DNA of 64,000 nt from Eledone cirrhosa (Eukaryota), in the NCBI GenBank assembly GCA_964016885.1, contig OZ024742.1, positions 299,646,001 to 299,710,000 on the forward strand, given 5' to 3'. The notes beneath the pieces were generated by a model. It was not told the DNA's origin. It was given only the letters and a program-made list of their open reading frames with translations, and made no database searches. The translations under genes were made by a program, and so were the position numbers. Positions 28,395 to 41,101 of the stretch are shown piece after piece; within the stretch, counting starts at the first letter, position 1; each line of letters opens with the position of its first letter.

Positions 28395-29217
28395 AATTAA
28401 TTAAATCAACCTCAGTATTTGACTGGTATTTTATTTTATCGAACTCGGAAGGATGAAGGACTAAGTTTGAACTCAGAATGTAAAAGAACCATAAATAAAA
28501 ACTGCAAGGCATTTCATCCGAAAATAATGGTTTCTGATTTAAGCACAAGGCCAGCAGTTTGAAGAGAAGGTCAAGTCGATTATATCGACCCTTGTACATG
28601 ACTTGTACTTTCTTTTATCGACCCCAAATCCACCGAAAGTTATTATTTCTACTATAGGCACAAGGCTAGCAATTTGAGGAGAGGGAAAAAAATCGATTAA
28701 ATCGACCCCAGTGCATTACTAGTGCTTTATCGACGCCGTAAGGATCAAAAGCAAAGCTAACTTTGGCGGAATTTGAACTCTGAACGTAAAAGGCAATCAA
28801 GCATGTTGTCCGACGCTCTACCGATACAGCCAAATCCACCGAAAATAATTATTTGCAACGTTGGAGCGAGACCTACAATTTTGGAGTGAAGAAAAATCAA
28901 TTATACTGAACCCAGCACTTGACTGGTGCTTGGCCTTATCGCCTCCAGAATTATGAAAGGTAAAGTTGACATCCGCTTTTTTTTAACTCAGAACGTAAAG
29001 AGACGGAAGAAATACTGCGAAGCATTTGTCTGACGATCTAACGATTCTGTTAATCCACCACTCCCTTTCATTACTAATGATTTCTAATTTAGGCACAATA
29101 CTAGAAATATGAGAGTAGAGTAAAGTAGATTATATCGACCACAGTACTTTACTGGTATCGAACCCAGAAAGGAAGAAAGGTGAAATTGACCTAGCCGTGA
29201 TTTGAACTCAGAACGTA
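28395..29217 (-). mobile_element. Cluster of about five older family-1 SINE copies
   Basis: Repeated tttgaactcagaacgtaaa, ttttatcgacccc and ggcacaaggccagca blocks. Confidence 0.8.
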
Positions 29218-29414
29218 GGTATGTGTAAGTATGCATGCAAATATACATACAGTGTGTGCATACGAGTATACAAGTAAGTGTATGTATGCATAGACGAAGG
29301 TGTGTATATAGGTACGCCTGTGTGTATGCATATACAGATGTATGAGTGTTTGTATACGAGTGTACCTGAACGTACATATTCATGCTCGAGTGTGTATGTG
29401 TATATGTAGTCGTA

Positions 29415-29750
29415 GCATGGCAAAATATTTAAGAAATTCTCTTCACAATTATTAGGTACCAGTCTCGATCCCACTTTGTATCATTTACCATAACCTCGGG
29501 TCAACCCATGCATTGTGCCTGCACCTGAGCAGACGAAAACTATTCGGAAAACCGTCGGATCTAGTTTACCCGTAATTCAAAGGACCATCGTTGTTATACA
29601 CTTTGTCACGCTGAATCTCCCTGAGAATTACGTTAAGGGAACAATGCGTCCGTGAAATGCCCAGTCACTTTCCCGCTAATTTCATGAGCATGCACTTTCG
29701 TTGTGAAAACAACTAGAATACTCATCACCGAAAGCGACGGAAGTCCATTC
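29415..29750 (+). mobile_element. Family-2 SINE, degenerate
   Basis: ctgaatctccctgagaattacgttaaggg..taatttcatgagca..gcgacggaagtcc. Confidence 0.65.
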
Positions 29751-29922
29751 CATGTGAGTGTGTGTGTGTGACTGTGCCTATGTGAATGCAAGTGTAAAAT
29801 GATGGGCGTGTATATATCTATGAGTGTGCTTATGTGTTTATATGTCTATGACTATGAGTGTGCTTATGTGTGTGTCGGGTCGGGGGAGGGGTGCAAATGT
29901 CTATTCGAGTATATATTCATAA

Positions 29923-29964
<42 letters not shown>

Positions 29965-30024
29965 GCGGTAGTGCTTATGTAAGGGTATTTATGTATTTAA
30001 GTGTGTGTGCCTTTGTGTGTTTGT

Positions 30025-30076
<52 letters not shown>

Positions 30077-30081
30077 ATGTA

Positions 30082-30112
<31 letters not shown>

Positions 30113-30655
30113 GCGTGTGTGTGTGTGTATCTTTGCTTGCTGCTCCACCAATTATTTCGTTTTCTTTTCTCGGTGTTTGACTGCCAAGGATACAGTGAAA
30201 CCACCCACGCACTCTGATGTTCTTCTGCAACAAACCATTTCTCATGCAACCTAACAGAAGCAATAGCAGACAGAAAAAGAATGCTTCCTGCCTCTCAATG
30301 TCTCCGTTGTACTGGAGATGTTATTGCAAATATGAAAAGTACGAATATCAAAGGCAAACATTTCCCCGCGTTCTCAATGGAATTACTCAGATATTGAAAT
30401 CTAGCAAACACACTGCAAAGCAACACTAAAATGTGTGAGTATGAATGCAATCGCACATACACATATATTCACACGTGTACACACATAAACACACACACAC
30501 ACACATGCATATACATATGTGTGTGTGTGTGTGTGTATTTGTATATGAACCTAAATTATATAATATATATATACATTTTAACATACATATATATATATGT
30601 GTGTGTGTGAGGGAGAGAGAAAAAGAGGGAGAGAAAGAGAGAGAGAAAGAGAGAG

Positions 30656-30721
<66 letters not shown>

Positions 30722-30855
30722 GGAAGGAGAAAGAAGGAAAGAGTTGGACAGTACATGCGTGTGCAATAATATTTATATACATTATATATATGTTGATTTA
30801 TTCACTTTCTTACAACATAGCTGAGATGTTTCGCCTTGAGAGATAGCGGGATGGA

Positions 30856-30931
<76 letters not shown>

Positions 30932-31100
30932 GAGAGAGAGATCTCTAGATCTCTAGATAGACAGACAGGCAGATAGATAGATAGATAGATAGACAAATAG
31001 ACACAGACGGACATACAGGTAGATAGACAGATTGATAGATACAGAGAGAGAGAGAAAGATATATATATATATATATAGATAGATAGATAGATAGATAGAT

Positions 31101-33587
31101 ATCTTTCTTTATTTGCCACAGGGGCGTACAAAAATGGGACATTACAAGACGGTGGGGGTTTTACATAAAATAACTTTAACATTAATAAATAACAATAAAC
31201 TATATATAATAAAATAACAATTGAAATCCCCAGTAGTGGGGAACGTTACTGCGGGGTTGTTTTACACCGCCGTGGATAGAACAACCCTCAACACCAGGAA
31301 CACGTTTTGTAGGTGTTCCTGTCTTCCCTCTGTTTATCTTCCTCAACCTACAGGTTTATATACAAAGAAGGCCCATTCACTCGAGCCATTTTCGCCACAT
31401 TCACCTACCTTTCAGCGAATTTACTGGGGTGTAGCACCTCTCTCTCCACTCTCACCTTCCTTCTGAAGTGGTACTTAAAGAAGGGGATAAGTTGTTGTCC
31501 GGAGAGAAAGGTGTTTGCCCTCAGTCCTTTTAACCACGTCCACCATATTACCTCTTTCGCCATAGCCACCAGACAGAGGAAAACCGCCTCTCCTTCGTTC
31601 TTAAATGAAGGCGGCGGGGTGATCCTCACGATGGACTCGGCGGACAACTGGATGCGTCCCACAGGTGACAGCAGCTGTTCGACATAATTCCACAGGTCGG
31701 TCACCCCTGGGCACTGAACAATTGCGTGCAGAACGGTTTCGATGTCCTGCTCGCATTTTGGACAGGTCCTTTTGGCAGGATCTCTGCCAGGGCGTCCGTG
31801 CCTGTAGATTTTGTCTCGAACTGGTAGAGTTCCTCGGTAGCACTGCCAGGCCAGAGACCTCTGGAAGTTATCCATAGGCCCTGGACGGAAAGTCCTCCCG
31901 AACAGACTGGTCAGTTCGTCATCCTCGATGCCTAGAGTTTCCCCGAGATCGTCGTCGCACTTATCCTCCACTAATCCCCTATAGAATGACGAAGTGGAGT
32001 CTCAGCTGATTGCCGTTTCCGCTTGGTAGAGAGCTGTGAGCGCCTATAGGCACTCGAGGTGCCAGGCACCCATTTATGGTCTTCGCTTGACCCAGGACTG
32101 CAGCTCTGTTAGTGAGGCGAGTTGTGGAAGAGCTTGTCTCATAAACTACAGCCACACCGGTTCACCGGTCAGGAATACCTGGGGATGGCGTAGTCTCAGC
32201 GCATATTTGCGCATCATCAGCCACGGCATGCCCAGCCCTCCGTTAGAAGGGTGTTGACAGCAGATGGATCTCCTCACCAATGGAGCCTGTTTCTTCCAGA
32301 GGAACTTGAAGAGTAGGCGTTCCATTTTGGTAAGGTATTCGCGGAGGAAAGGCACGACTGTCAAGCGGTAGTAGATGAGGGACGCTATGTAAGTGTTCGC
32401 CACCTCCACTCGACCTTTCAAGGAGAGTTTGCACTCAGTCCACTTCTGGGTGAGTGCAAACACATTCGCCGTGACCTCGTTCCAGTTCTTGTCCATCTGG
32501 AGGTCTGGACCGAACCAAACCCCGAGCAATTTCACCGGTCCTTCCGTCCAGCGTCCAACGACACTGTCGGAAGGCATGGGTTTGCCTCTCCATGTACCAA
32601 ATTGCAAACCGACAGACTTGTTTGGGTTTAGTCTTGCTCCTGTTAACGTTTCGTATTCCTGTAATAGGTTGCCGATTACCCTGATTTCTGAGGTTTTCGA
32701 CACCATTACGGTTATGTCGTCGGCATAGGCTGACGCTGCTTTCCGCAGACCTGGTTCGATCGGGATGCCCTGCAACAGCTCCAATTTCCGCAGTAACGGC
32801 TCGAGAGTCAGTACATACAGAATGGAAGAGAGAGGGCATCCCTGACGGACGGAACGCATGATTTGGAATGGCTCTGATAGGTAGCCATTCACCTTGACTA
32901 CCGAGCAGATGCTGGTGTGCAAGGCAGCGATCCAGCCTCTGAAGACGGGACCGAAGCCGGCCGCCTTGAGAACTGCTTCCAAGTATTGATAGTCGACCCT
33001 ATCAAATGCCTTAGACTGATCTAAATTGATCAGAGCCCCACCAAAGCCAGGTTTACACCCTACCCTTTCTATGATGTATCGCATGAGGTGGAGGTTGTCG
33101 TGTATGGACCTGGTTGGAATTGAACACGTTTGGGCTTCCCCTACCAGGTTCTCGACGACAAGCACCAGCCTTGCTGCTAACACCTTAGCCAAAATCTTTA
33201 ACTCTGTGTTGAGCAGAGTTATGGGCCTGAAATTGTTTATCTCATCCCCCTTGTTCTCATCTTTCCTGATCAGCGTTACTACGCCTCTGCCTACAGAATT
33301 GGGAATCCTCCCGTTCTGCTGCCAGTTGCAGTAGACCGCTTCGAGGACGCCAGAGAACAAGTCTGGCATGCCTATTTAAAACTCATAGGGTAGACCATCT
33401 AAACCGGGTGATTTGCGTTTCTCGCAGCGGCCTACGGCATCTTCTATTTCGCCCGCTGTGATCGGCCTTTCGCAACTCTCCGCATCTGTGCTCGAGAGTC
33501 GCGGTACGCCGTCGAGGTAGAAGTGAAGTCCATCACCTCGCTCGATGTACCGCTTTGCCCGAACAGTTGTGCAAAATGCTGCTGGAA
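31101..33587 (-). mobile_element. 5'-truncated, frameshifted Tx1/L1-type LINE in a (GATA)n microsatellite
   Basis: KSPGLDGLPYEF; FRPITLLNTELKILAKVLA; LDQSKAFDRVD; RQGCPLS; YADDIT; C-terminal CPKC..ETVLHAIVQC knuckle; (GATA)n on both sides. Confidence 0.9.
31405..33560 (-). pseudogene. Tx1/L1 ORF2 remnant (RT plus C-terminal zinc knuckle) split over three frames
   Basis: ORF pieces 33376-~33560, 32146-33369 and 31405-31971 are collinear parts of one ORF2. Confidence 0.88.
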
Positions 33588-33600
33588 TAGATAGATAGAT

Positions 33601-33737
33601 AAATTTCTTTATTAGCCACAAGGGCACAAAAGAAGGGGACAAATGCAAAGTGGGAGTTTACATACAGGTATATGAAAATAAAACTATTAATACATAACAA
33701 ATAACAATTGAAATCCCCAATAGGGGGGAGGTGTTAC
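33601..33737 (-). mobile_element. Second Tx1-type 3'UTR stub flanked by (GATA)n
   Basis: tttctttattagccaca..aaataacaattgaaatcccca..gttac matches the 3' end at 31101-31250. Confidence 0.8.
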
Positions 33738-34050
33738 AGATAGATAGATAGATAGATAGACAAATGCTCGGGTGTGCAACAAGAGAAAATGCACTTAAAA
33801 TATATAATTCAATATATGCATTAGTTTGAAGTTCATTCGGTTAATCACTACTACGAGTTCTCTAACAACATTCGGTGTTCAGGTGATAAAGAAGAAATAT
33901 TACCGAGAGAGTAGCCATGTAAAGAACTATCAGCTCCCAAGGAATGAATATAGTCTACTACGTTTTTTTTTTCTTTGGTTCGTTTCATTGCCTCTTGTCC
34001 AATGACTGGAACGAATAAAAGAATATATATATATATGTATATATAAACAG

Positions 34051-34146
<96 letters not shown>

Positions 34147-34200
34147 AACATTTAGATATAATTAGTAATAAGATGTATCATACCTAAACTGTCTCTAGAT

Positions 34201-34290
34201 TCCTCGACTACGTAGTTTCGTGGCATAATCAAAAACAATACATCACAGAGATATAGAGCTTTTGTGAGGTCTGCCGACTTATCAAGAGGA
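34201..34290 (-). ncRNA. Type I hammerhead ribozyme, U3-A8 core variant, extended stem II
   Basis: Minus strand: tcctc-TTGATAA-gtcggca..tgccac-GAAAC-TACGTA-GT-C-gagga. Confidence 0.75.
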
Positions 34291-34795
34291 TACCTCATTT
34301 TAACAGCTTCAAAGAACACGTCTATAAGATGTGAGATAGAATCCCAAAAGGCGGAGGAGGAGTCAATCACGTGATACAACGGTCAAGAAACAGAGCTAAG
34401 CCCCTTATAACCCTGAAAAAAATACCACGGAGGCGGAGGGGGTATTTATATCGAGGCCGTAGAAGAGGTGGTTAAGGAGGCAAGAAGTATGAGTAATGGC
34501 AGCTTTCCAGCAGTCACTACACTTCAAGGATTACTCGACCAGGGGGAGTTATAAACAATATATTGAGAAACACACAGATACATGCGGACACACACATATA
34601 CATGAATATATCCACATCCATCCTTGAGTTAATGGTGCCAACCTTAACCGTTGTTGCTCTATGAATAATTGGGACAAACCAATCCGAATGGATTAGACTG
34701 AACCAGTATCAGAGCTAAAAGTACATTATGAAGAGAGAAGAAACATTTAGATATAATTAGTAATAAGATGTATCATACCTAAACTGCTTCTAGAT

Positions 34796-34885
34796 TCCTC
34801 GACTACGTAGTTTCGTGGCAAAATCAAAAACAATACATCACAGAGATATAGAGCTTTTGTGAGGTCTGCCGACTTATCAAGAGGA
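34796..34885 (-). ncRNA. Second tandem copy of the family-F hammerhead
   Basis: Same core and stems, 595 nt from the first. Confidence 0.75.
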
Positions 34886-35504
34886 TACCTCATTTTAACA
34901 GCTTCAAAGAACACGTCTATAAGATGTGAGACAGAATCCCAAAAGGCAGAGGGGGAGTCAATCACGTGATACAACGGTATGATACATTAACTCAAGGATG
35001 GATGTGGATATATTCATGTATATGTGTGTGTCCGCATGTATCTGTGTGTTTCTCAATATATTGTTTATAACTCCCCCTGGTCGAGTAATCCTTGAAATGT
35101 AGTGACTGCTGGAAAGCTGCCATTACTCATACCTCTTGCCCCCTTAACCACCTCTTCTACGGCCTCGATATAAATACCCCCTCCGCCTCCGTGGTATTTT
35201 TTTCACGGTTATAAGGGGCTTAGCTCTGTTTCTTGACCGTTGTATCACGTGATTGACTCCATTAATCCTTTGTTTACCGATCTTTTCAGCTCAGCAGATG
35301 GAAATGCGTATCTTGTTCGATGGTCTAAACTTAGGTAAATCCATTCCAGCATCTATTGGCTACATTCAAAAAGTATTAATTTGAGCAGATTCACCCACAC
35401 ACGCACATATATAAATACATATATAATAAAATACATTATAAAGAAAGAAGAAACATTAGACATAAACAAAAAATATATATATAAATACCCAATATTCCTC
35501 TACA

Positions 35505-35596
35505 TCCTCGACTGTACAGCTTCCCGGCAACTTTACAAAAACACTACATCATAGAGATGCAGTATTTTTATGAGGTTTGCCAGCTTATCAAGAGAA
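35505..35596 (-). ncRNA. Diverged family-F hammerhead
   Basis: Minus strand: ttctc-TTGATAA-gctggcaa..ttgccgg-GAAGC-TGTACA-GT-C-gagga; different palindrome in stem III and a GAAG core change. Confidence 0.6.
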
Positions 35597-36134
35597 TACC
35601 TCATTTAGAGTTTCAAAACACGTCTGAAGGCATGAGAGAGAATCCCGGAAAGGCGGAGGGGGAACTTATCACGTGATACAGCGGTCAAGAAACAGAGTTA
35701 AGCCTCTTACAACCAAGAGAAAAATACCACAATGGCGGAGGGGGTATTAGTATCTAGGCTACCGACGAGGTGGCTAAGGAGGGCTAGAAGTGTAGATAGT
35801 GTAAGCTTGACAGCAGTCACTATATTTCTGTGGTTACTCTACCGTAGGGAGTTATAGACAATAAAAAGAAATACACAGATACATGCGAATACATACATAT
35901 ACATTCATATACACATATATCCCTGAAGTTGTGTGGTGCCAACCTTAACCCTTGTTGCTCTATCATAATGTATTATATAGCTCTGATATAGAGTCAATCT
36001 AATTCATTCAGATTATTTTGTCCCTATTAATCATAGAGCAACAAGAGTTAAGGTTGGCACCACACAAATTCAAGGATATATGTGTATATGCATGTATATG
36101 TATGTATTCGCATGTATCTGTGTATAATATATAT

Positions 36135-36185
<51 letters not shown>

Positions 36186-37146
36186 TATGGGAATCAGGGA
36201 CAACGATCAATAATTGGTTTTGACATTGTCTCTGATCTCTTTGATTCTGTTCTGCATGTTCGTGTTAAGAGTTAGGCTGAGCTGTCAACTGATCTTCATC
36301 TAGTTATCTGCAACTTGAGACTACTTAAAGTCAATATACATACATTCGCATATATATATAAAGAGATAGAGAGAGAGGTGGGAGAGAGAGAGAGAGTTTC
36401 AACAAATGCCCGCTTGGCTAAGCCTTTAGAATATGAATTCAAAATAAAAGGTGGGAGGCACAGAACCAAGACAATGGGAAAAACAACGGAAAGACAGACA
36501 ACTTCTTAGTCAACCTCTGGAAATCTCTACGGTTTCGGCGAATTTCATTCGTGATGCAACAAAACAAGTAGAGACAAAGACAGGACAAGTTATGCCATTC
36601 GGCGAACTTCACAAATATAGATGGAAAATTATCTCAAGTGCGTCAACTGACAACGAAGAGAGAGGGGTGTGCGAGGGCGTAGCCAAAGAGGAAAAATATA
36701 GAAAAGGGAGAAATAGAAAAACCGATGAGAATAATATGAACTGCTGTCTAACGTACAGACAAAGAAGAATGACACTGGGGCGTAGATAAGTTAAGAAGGG
36801 AGAATCAATTAAAAGAATTAAATCAAAATGCAGGAGATGATGCAGAGATTTATGATTAAATATTTCCAACATTGCCCCGTATTCATTTCACTTTATCTTT
36901 TTCTTTTTCCTTTCGCCGTGGTATATTCCGTCCTTTTCCTTCAGACCTTATTTGATCATTGCTGTGAGTATTTTAAACTGTACTCGTGCACTAGATATAA
37001 ATAAACCATCACCAAGGATAGTTGGTTGACAAAATCTATAACACAATATTGTCTTCCATGCCACTGTATCTGGACATAAGTGTGTGTTGGATAAACTCGA
37101 GCGATACTGAAATGCACATGTCCACCATTCTCCCTCCTACTCTCTC

Positions 37147-37238
<92 letters not shown>

Positions 37239-37896
37239 ACCCTGATTCTGAGCTAAATCTTACATGAACAGAGCTTAAATTACCCACAGTTGGTATGTTT
37301 AGTATAAGTAAACGAATGCTGAACCAAATGTAACGAAACTGGAATCCTTACATCCACCACTACCTCTTACCCTGAGTTAAGGTAGCTGCTCACAGTAGGA
37401 TTAAATGTATGTTTAATATACGCAACCATATTTTATATGGGTTCATGTATGTCTATTAGTGTTGTGTAACAATGATAACAATTGTTTTCCAATACTGGCG
37501 CAAGGTCAAATTTTGTTGGAGAGTGCTGTCTGGTCAATTGCTCCCACTTCAGTTTACTACTTGTACATATTTGAGACAACAAAGAAATCTATCCGATCGT
37601 TCAAGCTATTACAAATAGCAGCGAAATATTTCTGAAAATCAAATCTTAGAGAAGGTTAGGTCACATATACATACATTATATTTTTACTAAAAATCACGAT
37701 GACCGTGGCCAATAAAATTAATTTGATGCTAAACAACAATAACAACTGATAACTTAAATCCCCCATATGTCTTTTTATACATGAAACTGTAGTTGAATAT
37801 ATACATAAAGAAATATAAATATATATAGATATATATATTCAAAATTATAAGAAAGTCAAGGATATGAAATTATCATTTATTCATATATGAACATAA

Positions 37897-37927
<31 letters not shown>

Positions 37928-37952
37928 TTAATAATAATAATAATAATAATAA

Positions 37953-38370
37953 CAATGGTTTCTTATATAGGCACAAGGCCAGCAATTTGGGGAGTGGAAA
38001 GTCGATTAAATCGACCGCAGTGCGTGACTGGTACATTATTTTATCGACTCTGTAAGGATGAAAGGCAAAGTTAACCTCGGCAGGATTTGAACTCAGATCA
38101 TAAAGGGCCGTAACTCTATGCGACACAGCATGTCGTCCGACTCTCTACCGATACTGCCAATCTATCGCCCTAATAATAATAATTGTTTCTACATTTGGCA
38201 CAAGGCCAGCAATTACCCAGCACATTACTGGTACTTTATTTTATCGACCCCATAAGGATGAAAGGCAAAGTTAACCTCGGCGGGATTTGAACTCAGACTG
38301 TAAAGGGACGTAACTATGCTAGAAAGCATGGCGTCTAACACTCTACCGATACTGCCAATTCACCGCCCTA
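37953..38370 (-). mobile_element. Two tandem family-1 SINEs in (AAT)n
   Basis: Two full copies separated by taataataataat. Confidence 0.9.
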
Positions 38371-38389
38371 ATAATAATAATAATACATA

Positions 38390-39189
38390 GAGCAGGATAC
38401 TCGAATAAAATAAAATAAATAGATAACAATAACATGACAAATCATTCTAGAATTAATTATAATAACAATAAACAATTTAACTTAAACACTAAACCAAACA
38501 AAAAAAACACCTTTAGCAAAGCTATTTTTTTAAAGCACTAGATAAATGTTTTCCTAAAGCCTACAGATACCACTCTATTTTTAACAGACACTATGAAACT
38601 ATCCTACTCTACTACTATGAACATAGCACAAAATATAAATAGAATTAATAATAGAAACTTAAATTTAAACCCTAACCAAACAAACCAAGATAGCAATAAT
38701 AATATTTCTAACAACAATATTCATAATAATAGTACCGATCCGAATAACAACAACTCCAGAAAATGTAACTGTAGAATTAAATCAAACTGCCCTTTACAAA
38801 GTAATTGCTTAGACAAAAACGTAATTTATAAATGCAGAGTTAAAACTAGAGACAAAACATGTAACTATATTCGTGCCACTTCTACAAAATTCAAAGAACG
38901 CTGGTATAACCATAAACACACATTTAATAGATCCGATAAAAAATCTTCCAATTCACTTTCACATTTCATTTGGAATTTAAAAGACAACAATATAGACTAT
39001 TCAATTTCTTGGGGAACGATTTTGAAAGCACCTGCATACCGAAATATGGCTTTCTTAAGATTCTGTAACTTGTGTATCGAGGAAATGTTTTATATAATTA
39101 ACTGTCAAAACTCTATTAATCTTAAAACAGAATTATTTTCTAGTTGCAAACATCGCCAAAATTCCACTTTCAGTATTTTTAATTTATGA
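38390..39189 (+). pseudogene. Penelope-like element C-terminus: RT thumb/linker plus GIY-YIG endonuclease
   Basis: FKALDKCFP..HSIFNRH, then a frameshift to MKLSYS..CNCRIKSNCPLQSNC..NVIYKC..NYIRAT..FKERWYNH..LSHFIW..CNLCIEE..CKHR. Confidence 0.88.
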
Positions 39190-39660
39190 TATTCATTACA
39201 CTTGACTATATCTTATACACCTTTAAAATGATCCTATTATTTACTGAGTACTTTCTTTAAAAATTTAAATTTAAATTTTTTTATATGATCTTCCTTCTAA
39301 ATTTTGTAATATTTTTGTAATATTTTTGTAATATTTTTACTATTTTTACCATTTGACATTATTTTCTTAATGATACCCCTCTAAATATATATTTTTAGAT
39401 GTAGATTGATAATCTTTAATTGACATATCCTCTTTACGATAGTTCTTCGAAATGCACCTTACTTTTTTCCTCTTCTTTGATCTTCAAACATTCACACATC
39501 TTTCGACTAAAATAATATATGATTAAAATTAATCTCACACAAAACAATATATAATTTTCTCTATATATTTTCTGAGTAAATCATTCATCAAACTAAACGG
39601 TTAGCAAACAAGATTGGAGTTATCTTTTCCTTTTCAATCGTGCAAACATTATATTATAAT

Positions 39661-40240
39661 ATGGTGGATTGGCAGTATCGGTAGAGGGTCGGACGATATG
39701 CTTTGACGCATAGAGTTACGGATCTTTCCATTCTGAGTTCAAATCCCGCCGAGGTCAACTTTGCCTTTCATCCTTACGGGGTCGATAAAATAAAGTACCA
39801 GTAATGTACTGGATAATTGCTGGCCTTGTGCCAAAAGTAGAAACAATTATATTATAATATGGTGGATTGGCAGTATCGGTAGAGAGTCGGACGCCATGCT
39901 TTCCAGCATAGTTACGTCCCTTTACGATCTGAGTTCAAATCCCGCCGAGGTTAACTTTGCCTTTCATCCTTATAGGGTCGATAAAATAAAGTAGCAGTAA
40001 TGCACTGGGTAATTGCTGGCCTTGTGCCAAATATAGAAACAATTATATTATAATATGGCAGTATCGGTAGAGGGTGGGACGCCATGCTTTGCAGCAACGA
40101 GTTACGTCCCTTTATGGTCTGAGTTCAAATCCCGCCGAGGTTAACTTTGCCTTTATCCTTACGAGGTCGATAACATAAAGTACCAGTAATACACTGAAAT
40201 AATTGCTGGCCCTGTGCCAAATATAGAAACAATTATATTA
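39661..40240 (+). mobile_element. Three head-to-tail family-1 SINEs inserted in the PLE 3' region
   Basis: ~190-197-bp period with identical attatattataatatgg junctions. Confidence 0.9.
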
Positions 40241-40540
40241 TAATATAATATGTATGATAAACTATATAACTTCGCTAAATTAACAATATTCTGAAAACAT
40301 TTTCAATGTTGGAACAACATATTTGAATCTACAAATTGTTCTTTTCTTACAACTTGAACTACGTGTTTTTTATGTAAAATGCAGAACCAATGTCCTTCGT
40401 AATTCATATGAGAAATGTAAACAAGTAATAATTGTAAATTATTTCTATTTCTATAATACTTATACATGCACAATTATTAATCTCTCTAGATATCTATATA
40501 CTTACAACCTGTTGTAATGTAATAAGATAAAATCTACTTG

Positions 40541-40618
40541 CACATGCTGATGATCCACCGGGCCGTATTGGAACCCACTAAAATGGTGAAACATGCTCCT
40601 GGTGAGTGTGTACATGTG
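40541..40618 (+). ncRNA. Full type I hammerhead ribozyme downstream of the PLE ORF
   Basis: cacatg-CTGATGA-t-cca..tgg-t-GAAAC-atgctc-ctggt-gagtgt-GT-A-catgtg: 6-bp stem I and 8-bp stem III. Confidence 0.85.
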
Positions 40619-41101
40619 TGATTTAGGTGAGGATGGTTTCATTTCAATTTACACTTTTAATTTTAATGTTTTACAGATGCCTCTATTAGCTTATATTCTC
40701 CTCACGCTGGTGGTTTGAAATTCCTGTAAAGAAAAACACACTCTTCTGTGTCTTACCCCTCTATATATTGTATTTAAAATGCCCAGGAATCTATTTCCTT
40801 TAAGCTCATTTAATTACAGGATTATACGCGAGTCCTTTGCTCCGTTATTTTTAGTATATATATATATATATATATAAACAATTAAGTTAAAAATGTACAT
40901 CTACATATGCATACTGAAATACTAGTGTGCATATGAATACACACACGTATACATATGTAGATGTAACAAGTCTTTCACTGGTTACTTTACTGTGAGTAAC
41001 CCAGCTATTCTGTATGTAAACACACAGACAAACCGGTTTTTAGAGTCATACTGGTTTTCGAGGAAACACCTTTCCTCTATTCCCCAGAAAGCCAGACAAG
41101 G

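Larger units (their letters stand above)
34140..36123 (-). mobile_element. Non-coding HHR element (family F): 595-bp tandem unit, inversions, and a diverged second subfamily copy
   Basis: Unit 34140-34734, partial direct repeat 34735-34977, inverted part 34985-35260, diverged copy about 35410-35975, inverted part about 35965-36123, and an older fragment at about 54540-54730. Confidence 0.88.
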
